From: Lobosporangium transversale
Lineage: Eukaryota
Assembly (NCBI RefSeq): GCF_002105155.1
Contig: NW_019029080.1
Span: 1 to 38,661 of the forward strand
Reading direction: 5' to 3'
DNA length: 38,661 bases
Shown here: in pieces, positions 30,630-38,661 of the stretch
Position numbering within the stretch: the first letter of the stretch is position 1
Layout of the letters: every line of letters starts with the position of its first letter
Notes under the pieces: model-generated
Told to the model about the DNA's origin: nothing
The model's database searches: none
What the model saw: the letters and a program-made list of their open reading frames with translations, nothing else
Program-made: the position numbers and the translations under genes

Positions 30630-32965
30630 GAAAAAAAAATAGGGCGCATAGTGAAAATTAAACAGCACAAAAAAAAAATAGGGCGGATAGTGGAATAAAC
30701 AGCACAAAAAAAAAAATAAGGCGGATAGTGGAAATTAAACAGCACAAAAAAAAATAGGGCGGATAGTGGAAATTAAACAGCACAAAAAAAAAATAAGGCG
30801 GATAGTGGAAATTAAACAGCACAAAAAAAAAAATAGGCGGATAGTGGCATCAGCACAAAAAAAAAATAAGGGCGCATAGTGAAAATTAAACAGCACAAAA
30901 AAAAAAATAGGGCGGATAGTGGAAATTAAACAGCACAAAAAAAAAATAAGGCGGATATGGAAATTAAACAGCACAAAAAAAAAAAATAGGCGGATAGTGG
31001 AAATTAAACAGCACAAAAAAAAAATAAGGCGGATAGTGGAAATTAAACAGCACAAAAAAAAAAAATAAGGCGGATAGTGGCATCAGCACAAAAAAAAAAA
31101 TAGGGCGCATTGTAAATTAAACAGCACAAAAAAAAAAAATAGGGCGGATAGTGGAAATTAAACAGCACAAAAAAAAAAATAAGGCGGATAGTGGAAATTA
31201 AACAGCACAAAAAAAAAAAATAAGGCGGATAGTGGCATCAGCACAAAAAAAAAAATAGGGCGCATTGTGAAAATTAAACAGCACAAAAAAAAAAAATAGG
31301 GCGGATAGTGGAAATTAAACAGCACAAAAAAAAAAAATAAGGCGGATAGTGGAAATTAAACAGCACAAAAAAAAAAATAAGGCGGATAGTGGAAATTAAA
31401 CAGCACAAAAAAAAAAAATAAGGCGGATAGTGGAAATTAAACAGCACAAAAAAAAAAATAGGGCGGATAGTGGAAATTAAACAGCACAAAAAAAAAAATA
31501 GGGCGGATAGTGGAAATTAAACAGCACAAAAAAAAAAATAAGGCGGATAGTGGAAATTAAACAGCACAAAAAAAAAAAATAAGGCGGATAGTGGAAATTA
31601 AACAGCACAAAAAAAAAAATAGGGCGGATAGTGGAAATTAAACAGCACAAAAAAAAAATAGGGCGGATAGTGGAAATTAAACAGCACAAAAAAAAAAATA
31701 AGGCGGATAGTGGAAATTAAACAGCACAAAAAAAAAAATAAGGCGGATAGTGGCATCAGCACAAAAAAAAAAATAGGGCGCATAGTAAAATTAAACAGCA
31801 CAAAAAAAAAAAATAGGGCGGATAGTGGAAATTAAACAGCACAAAAAAAAAAATAAGGCGGATAGTGGAAATTAAACAGCACAAAAAAAAAAAAATAAGG
31901 CGGATAGTGGAAATTAAACAGCACAAAAAAAAAAATAAGGCGGATAGTGGAAATTAAACAGCACAAAAAAAAAAATAAGGCGGATAGTGGAAATTAAACA
32001 GCACAAAAAAAAAAATAAGGCGGATAGTGGCATCAGCACAAAAAAAAAAATAGGGCGCATAGTGAAAATTAAACAGCACAAAAAAAAAAAATAGGGCGGA
32101 TAGTGGAAATTAAACAGCACAAAAAAAAAAAATAGGGCGGATAGTGGAAATTAAACAGCACAAAAAAAAAAAAATAAGGCGGATAGTGGAAATTAAACAG
32201 CACAAAAAAAAAAATAGGGCGGATAGTGGAAATTAAACAGCACAAAAAAAAAAAATAGGGCGGATAGTGGAATCAGCACAAAAAAAAAAAAATAGGGCGG
32301 ATAGTGGAAATTAAACAGCACAAAAAAAAAAAATAGGGCGGATAGTGGAAATTAAACAGCACAAAAAAAAAAATAGGGCGGATAGTGGAAATTAAACAGC
32401 ACAAAAAAAAAAAATAAGGCGGATAGTGGAAATTAAACAGCACAAAAAAAAAATAGGGCGGATAGTGGAAATTAAACAGCACAAAAAAAAAAATAAGGCG
32501 GATAGTGGAAATTAAACAGCACAAAAAAAAAAAATAGGGCGGATAGTGGAATCAGCACAAAAAAAAAAAAATAGGGCGGATAGTGGAAATTAAACAGCAC
32601 AAAAAAAAAAAATAGGGCGGATAGTGGAAATTAAACAGCACAAAAAAAAAAAATAGGGCGGATAGTGGAAATTAAACAGCACAAAAAAAAAAATAGGGCG
32701 GATAGTGGAAATTAAACAGCACAAAAAAAAAAAATAGGGCGGATAGTGGAAATTAAACAGCACAAAAAAAAAAAATAAGGCGGATAGTGGAAATTAAACA
32801 GCACAAAAAAAAAAATAGGGCGGATAGTGGAAATTAAACAGCACAAAAAAAAAAATAAGGCGGATAGTGGAAATTAAACAGCACAAAAAAAAAAATAAGG
32901 CGGATAGTGGAAATTAAACAGCACAAAAAAAAAAATAGGGCGGATAGTGAAATTTAAACAGCACA
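30630..32965. repeat. Tandem array of ~40-bp units (roughly 55-60 copies)
   Basis: Unit GGCGGATAGTGGAAATTAAACAGCAC(A)9-13TA(A/G). Confidence 0.97.
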
Positions 32966-32974
32966 AAGAAGAGC

Positions 32975-33161
32975 TGCTAATGTCAAGGTGCTCGAGGGGA
33001 ATCTAAGGGTACTAAAAAGGTGTCTTTATTCAAGCGAATTGTGCTGCTGAACTAGATGGAAAAGTGGGCCTATTTATTGCAGCTAATTTCCTGCTGAAGG
33101 AATTCTCCAGAAAATTAGAGGAAATACTGTTGCACAAATTTGTGATGTAATTTCGCTTGCA
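32975..33161 (-). mobile_element. Orphan LTR, family C variant (187 bp)
   Basis: Reverse strand TGCAAGCGAAAT...TTAGCA aligns end to end with 36149-36343; flanks AGAGC/AGGAA do not match. Confidence 0.72.
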
Positions 33162-33539
33162 AGGAACTTTTTTTGCAACTTCGAAAAAGGGGTGTTAAAA
33201 TAATACTGTGTCTGGTGGGAAAAGTGTTTTTTGGTGATTATGAAACTGTTCAGGTCAAACAAGTTGCTGGAGAGCAAAGGGAAAAACAGAAGTTGAACGA
33301 GAGGACGTCCAATGATGTAAGGGAAAAAAGCGGTGGAGCAATAAAGAAAAAGCGTTGAAAAAAAGAAAAAAGAAGGGTGTACCAGAAGAATAAAACGATG
33401 CTGTCAAGACTGACAATGAAAACAATGAAGAGACAAAGACGTAATATTTTGGAAAGAGGGAAAGAAAGATGCGGAGAAGGAAAAGAAGAAAGAGGGTGGA
33501 AGGCATTGAGAACAAAGAAAAACAAAACATCGTGTGAAA

Positions 33540-33577
<38 letters not shown>

Positions 33578-34063
33578 AAAGAAAATGCCCCTGAAAATGG
33601 TCTGAACTGCAGTGAAGTTAATCGAGTGCAAAAAATGAAGAAAAGAGCGGGTTCGAGATTAAAATAAATAACAGCAAAGGACAGGGCAAAAAATACAGCA
33701 ATGGACGGGGCAAAAATTTGAAGAGGATGGGCAAGGAGCTTTGCAACATGGAATTCACATGCAAAAAAATAAAAAAGAAATCGAAATAAATGAAAGGGTG
33801 AAGTTGAACAGAAATGGAAAAAGTAACAAACGGTGGGTAATTTGTTCAAATTAAAAAAATTTTGGTGCTTATCCCCATCCCGTCCACGGCAACGCACAGT
33901 GTCAACTCTTTTACATACCCGGAGATTCAAAGCTTCTCTCGGTGTTAATTAGGCAAGAAGGACAAGAAAACTTACAGAGAAATAGCCGCAGCAGCACTGG
34001 AAAGCAGGGAGGGAAAATAAGATGAAAGAGTAAGAAGAGAATAAGCTGATGAAAGAAGGCGAC

Positions 34064-34150
34064 GAATGAGAATATGAATGTGAATGTGAGTGCGAATGTG
34101 AATGTAAATGCGAATGTGAATGTCAATGGTCAATGTCAATGTGAATGTGT
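34064..34150. repeat. Degenerate (GAATGT)n microsatellite
   Basis: About 14 imperfect hexamers. Confidence 0.8.
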
Positions 34151-34871
34151 GTGGAAGAGCAGAGGAAGACAAAGGCAGAAAATGAAAAATGATGGAGGAC
34201 AAGGAAGAATAAAATATCGTGAGAAAAAAGAAAAAAAAGGCCCCTGAAAAATGGTCTCTGCGGGATGACGTAGAGGGCATGTTTCCTTATTTTAGTGTGA
34301 CTATATGAGTACGTAAGCGTGGACTGACAGCGCCAGGCTCTGAATAGGTGCATGTAGGGGACGTAGGATGGTTGCACTTGGAAGAAGCTCTGCTACCATA
34401 AAAAAAATTATTTTTCTTTCGACCGGTCAAGTTGAAGGACTATAAATCCTCAAATACTGGCTCCTAGGACCTGGTTCCTACATCAATCGATAGGAATGCT
34501 CGGCTATATCAGCATACTAAATTTGAAAAATTTGGCAAAATCCCCATTGCACCCACCCTAAATGCAGATTCTGAACATTGCACTTACCACAGCACGTGGA
34601 CACGAAAATTTTCTCTCGATCAGTCACTTTGGAGACCCATAACCTCCCAAATACTGGGACCAGAGACCTGGGGCCTAGATTACTCGAAAGAGGATATTCT
34701 GGGCCATATTGCAGCTTAGTGTTCAGTCACGTGCTATTATGATAAAATATTTTCTTACTCTCGACCGGGAACTTTAAACGTCCATAGCTCCTCAAATACT
34801 GGGATCTGTTACTCAGGGCTACCGATCCACAAAATTTCGCAAAATCCGGCACAACACCCCCCTTTATTGTC

Positions 34872-36148
34872 CGAATTCCCTGGGTTAAGGGGGGTGATAA
34901 AAGCGATTCTAATACGTCATCTTTTTTTTTTTATGCTTTGCACTTCTCCCCTCCACTCCCATATTCACTTTTCGCTATACACAATTGTAAGCGCATCTTG
35001 CCGTCGCGCGTTGAATGTTGAATGAATCACTGAATTTTGAATGTAGGTTAACAAGTGTATTTTATTTCAGCATTCAATTAGATCATTTCAAGCACATTAA
35101 TAGAACATCTTCGAACAAACACCATGGTATGTTGACAATGTTATTTTTCTGTCAATAATAAATGCTCACACAGCTTATTTTTTTATCTCAATTTCTCGTT
35201 ACTATGTTCTTTGTAGAGCTCAGAATATGCTACCTTTAGCTTATTGGATGATGAATTAAACGAAATACATAGTGCTGATGACCTAGAAGAGCTTGCCTCT
35301 GACGTTGATTGTCTGAGTGAGGAGCCGGATTCTGACTGTAATGACTATTCGAGCGATGCGTCGGATTCCGGGTCGGAGACAGAGCATGAAACACCTGCAG
35401 CACTTGGTGAGGCTAGTAGCATCCATCCTTTAGCAAATCCTGATATCGCGGAAAGCCCACTCGTACCAGATGGCTTAGAGAGTCCAGAGCTAAACAGGGG
35501 GGTCGATGCAAATGTCAATAAAATAACAACCGAACTTTTATCCCCTCAATTGCAAGACTATCAATGGATCAAGTCAACTGTTGATGATGCCGTGATAGAT
35601 GAGATTGTAAGGAAAACCTGCACCACTCAGTACGACTACAAGCCTCGTGTTTTTTACGTAGACAAGGAGGACTTCGACTCATGGCTCGAACGAGACGGTC
35701 GTGATCATTTTTTTACTTGGATGTTACGCAAACATCAAGATAATCAGCCAGGCGGTAGAAGCAAGGTCTTTTATGTTGAAACCTACGAATGCCATCGTGG
35801 ACAAGATTCACGAGGCGGAAGTCGCATCCAAAAGGCTTCTCAAGGCTCTCTTCAAGGTGTCTCTCTCGACCCAGGGCAAGAACCAAGGGAAAGAAAAGAA
35901 GACGCGTCTTAAAGCCTAGCCAGAAAGTCGGTTGTACAGCAAAGCTCACAGTTCACAACATGAAAGACGACAGCGAGGATCCCGAATATGCAACCAAGAA
36001 CGGAAGGAAGCAACTCCGAATCGTGTACTTTTATAGACACACAGGGCACGTTCTAGGCAATGCTGATGATTTCCAGTACTTTACCATGACGGAATCAACA
36101 TGAGCGCGGATTAGAAACCTGGTTCGTCTTGGCCTGTGCACTAGAGGA
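34872..36148 (+). mobile_element. MULE-3, 5' part with disrupted transposase (ATG 35124, intron 35127-35216)
   Basis: Starts CGAATTCCC; upstream region homologous to MULE-2; YECH...KVGCTAKL...HTGH; frameshift near 35895, TGA at 36101; cut by the LTR at 36149. Confidence 0.85.
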
Positions 36149-36343
36149 TGCAAGCGAAATCACTATAATAATTTTGTGCAACATAGTATTTCGCCCATAT
36201 TTCTAGAGCATTCCTTGCAACAGGATATTAACTAGTATAAATAGGTCTACTTTTCTATCTAGTTCTGTAGCATAGTTCCCCCTGAATAAAGATACCTTTA
36301 TTGCACCCTTAGATCCCCCTAGAACACTACCTTGACTTTTGCA
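36149..36343 (+). mobile_element. Orphan LTR, family C (195 bp)
   Basis: TGCAA...TTGCA; TATAAATA at ~36236 and AATAAA at ~36285 on +; layout resembles LTR A; flanks GAGGA/TTACT do not match. Confidence 0.75.
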
Positions 36344-38661
36344 TTACTCTCTTTTATTCCGAGCTCCCCGTTGGCGAGTTCCATGAAGTTGCAGGTGACG
36401 TCCTTGGTATTCTCCTCATTAGGCCTAGAAAGAGCATCGGCAACAGGATTATCCTTGCCCGGACGATAGATGATAACATGATCTTGTTGCTCCATGTGTT
36501 GGCTCCATCCCGCCATGCGTCTGCTCATGCCTTTTTGTCGTTTTAAGAACACCAAACTGTGATTGTCGGTCAAGATGTTGACTGTTCTGCCCTGGATATA
36601 AGTACGCCATTCGTCGCAAGCGCGCACAATTGCATACAATTCGCGCTCATGTGTTGGCCATTTCTGCTGACCCTCATCTAATTTCCTCGACATGAAAGCG
36701 ATAGGGTGCATTTCCTTCCGGCCGTTTGAACCAAAGTCCTGACTCAGGACGGCACCAATGGCAGTGGGGACGCATCAGTCTCGATGAAAAAGGGGTGAGA
36801 AAAATCGGCAAGGCGTAGAACGGGAGCTGAGGCGAGGGCTTGCTTGAGGTCGTCGAAGGCAGCTTGTTCTCTCTCGCCCCACGGCGAGGGGAGAGGTCTG
36901 GTCTTGATTTTGTTGTTGTCTTTTTCTTTTGTGAGATCTGTGAGGGGAGCGGCCCGAGAGGCATAATTTTTAATAAATTTGCGGTAGTAGCCAGCCATAC
37001 CTAAAAATCGACGAACCTCTTGAACATTGGTGGGCGCCGTCAATGATTGGATGCTTTCTGTCTTTGAGGGGTTGACTTTCAAGCCTTCACCGCTCACAAC
37101 GTGGCCTAAGAAGAGGAGTTCAGGCTTGCCGAATTCGCATTTGGACATCTTGACCTTAAGTTGATATTTCGCCAGACGTTCAAGTACCCAACGCAAATGT
37201 TCCTTATGGTCCTCAGGGTTGCGACTGAATACAGGATATCATCCATGAAGACTAAACAAAATTTATCTAGACCGCCTTGCAGAACTTCATTCATCATCCC
37301 CTGGAAGGACGCAGGTGCGTTAGTCAAACCAAAAGGCATCACCAAATATTCAAAGTGACCATAGCGGGTACCAAAAGCGGTCTTTTCCACGTCGCTGGGG
37401 TTAACTCGAATCTGATTGAAGCCTGATTGCAAATCGAGTTTAGAAAACTCGGTTGCACCTGAGATCGGTCGAAGAATTCATCAATGAGTGGCAGAGGGTA
37501 CTTATTCTTGACGGTAATTGCATTGAGCGCGCGGTAGTCTACACACAGACGGAGGCTTCCGTCTTTCTTCCTAGCGAATACAACGGCGCTGACCAAGGGG
37601 AAATACTGGGCCGAATGAAGCCTTTCTTTCTGCAGCTCTTCTAATTGCTCCTTTAATGCATCCAGTTCCTCAGGCGACATCCTCCGCACCGGCATGGCGA
37701 TAGGGAGGGCCGAGCCAGTCTCGATGCGATGATCAACGTGACGGTGTGGGGGAAGTTTGTTCAAGTCGGCGAAGACGGAGTCTGCGAATTCCTCTATCAG
37801 CGCGCGGTATCTCTCTGGGACCTTTTCTGCTCCCTCACCGACGGCGTCAACGGAATTGACCACTAACTCTACTTCGTCCCCACTGATAAAGCAAACTCCA
37901 TAATCCTCTGTAGTATTCAGGATCTTCTTGAAATGCTTCACTCCGACGAGGCGAACGTCTGTACGGTTCTTGGCCTCATGCTCTGCAGAGGTTGAGATCA
38001 GATGATCTTTTTCTTTTTCTGTAGATTCCCCATTTTTTTGTCTCCTCATTTGCTTTCACCATTTCTACTTGCTCCATTCCATCGCTCTTCACATTTCCCA
38101 TTGTTGCTTCCTCGCCCTCTCTTACTGTCGTATTCCACAGTTCGTCTGTGCCTGCCACTGTCTCTGCGACACTTTCTATGACGTCTCCTTCCATTGTCCT
38201 TTCTGCAGTTTCCTTAACGCTCTTATTGTCGCTCGCCCCGGTAGATTCAATATTTGAAGCCAGCTGGCCATTATTTTCCTCCCTTACGCTGCGTATCGCC
38301 TGCCAACCTTTTCGACCTTGCCATTTGTATATTCCAGTACGCCAATTTACCTGCGGGTTCCACTTTCGCAGCCAGGGTTGCCCTAGGATGATATCGTATC
38401 TCAAATTATCAACGACGACTCCCGTTTCTCTCATTACCTCGTCGCCCATACTGAGAGCAAGAGTAGCCGTGGTTGACGAGACAGAGCTTTGGCCACGAGC
38501 CATCAGGATCCTGACTGGTTTAGGTAAGGGTAGTAAACGGTAAGTCTTCCTTCTTGAGATCCCTTATGAATTCAGAGCAGACGAAGTTACCGGAAGCACC
38601 GGAGTCGATCAGCACGCGTGCCCTAAGGTTCCGACCTTTGCGCGTACTTCGTGCACCGGCC
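36344..38661 (-). pseudogene. pol: Ty3/gypsy D pol fragment (protease, RT, RNase H), many frameshifts
   Basis: [62 protein letters not shown]; cut by LTR C before the integrase. Confidence 0.92.

Noticed and set aside
30630..32965. CRISPR-like array
   Set aside because: No unique spacers, only A-runs; no cas genes; eukaryotic context. The ORFs called here are repeat translations.
33250..34280. Phe-rich or Lys-rich ORFs (also 16205-16483, 16843-17304, 15644-15937)
   Set aside because: Translations of poly-A/T and microsatellite tracts.
34387..34398. PBS-like TGGTAGCAGAGC on the minus strand
   Set aside because: No LTR ending in CA precedes it and no gag follows.
24990..36110. RIP-type hypermutation
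   Set aside because: Only isolated probable CGA>TGA stops (~24998, 36101); repeats remain nearly identical and long ORFs are intact.
7387..36320. Recurring YTAAGGG motif as integron-like cassette recombination sites
   Set aside because: Most occurrences are explained as MULE termini or LTR U5 sequence, and no tyrosine recombinase is present.
36149..36711. Naturally integrase-less gypsy with PPT GGGGGATCTAAGGG and a 157-bp 3' LTR
   Set aside because: TATA, AATAAA and homology to 32975-33161 place a 195-bp LTR on the plus strand; the apparent PPT and the ORF tail AKVKVVF are its antisense U5, so pol is simply truncated.

Overview
Eukaryotic, probably fungal, transposon-saturated DNA; the short GT-AG introns, chromoviruses and long A/T runs suggest an early-diverging fungus (inference only). 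No ordinary host gene, rRNA, tRNA or CRISPR array is recognisable. From left to right: (1) a head-to-tail pair (2364-bp period) of an endonuclease-less Penelope-like retroelement (PLE), whose 3' non-coding region carries degenerate CCCTAA telomere-like repeats and a type I hammerhead ribozyme, plus a third inverted fragment and a second, covarying hammerhead from a related family; (2) a Tc1 fragment interrupted by chromovirus B; (3) an apparently intact Mutator (MULE) element with short asymmetric termini; (4) a five-layer nest (MULE remnant > MULE-2 > hAT > chromovirus A > solo LTR, with a DD39E Tc1 also in the hAT) in which target-site duplications (TSDs) are readable; (5) a frameshifted double-zinc-finger gene, a 2.3-kb array of ~40-bp repeats, two orphan LTRs, a third MULE and a frameshifted Ty3/gypsy pol. 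The most interesting items are the hammerhead/telomere-repeat PLE with a fixed 3' end about 71-75 nt past the cleavage site, and the antisense extra ORF and kissing-loop frameshift signal of chromovirus A. All alignments and folds were done by eye; coordinates may be off by a few bases.
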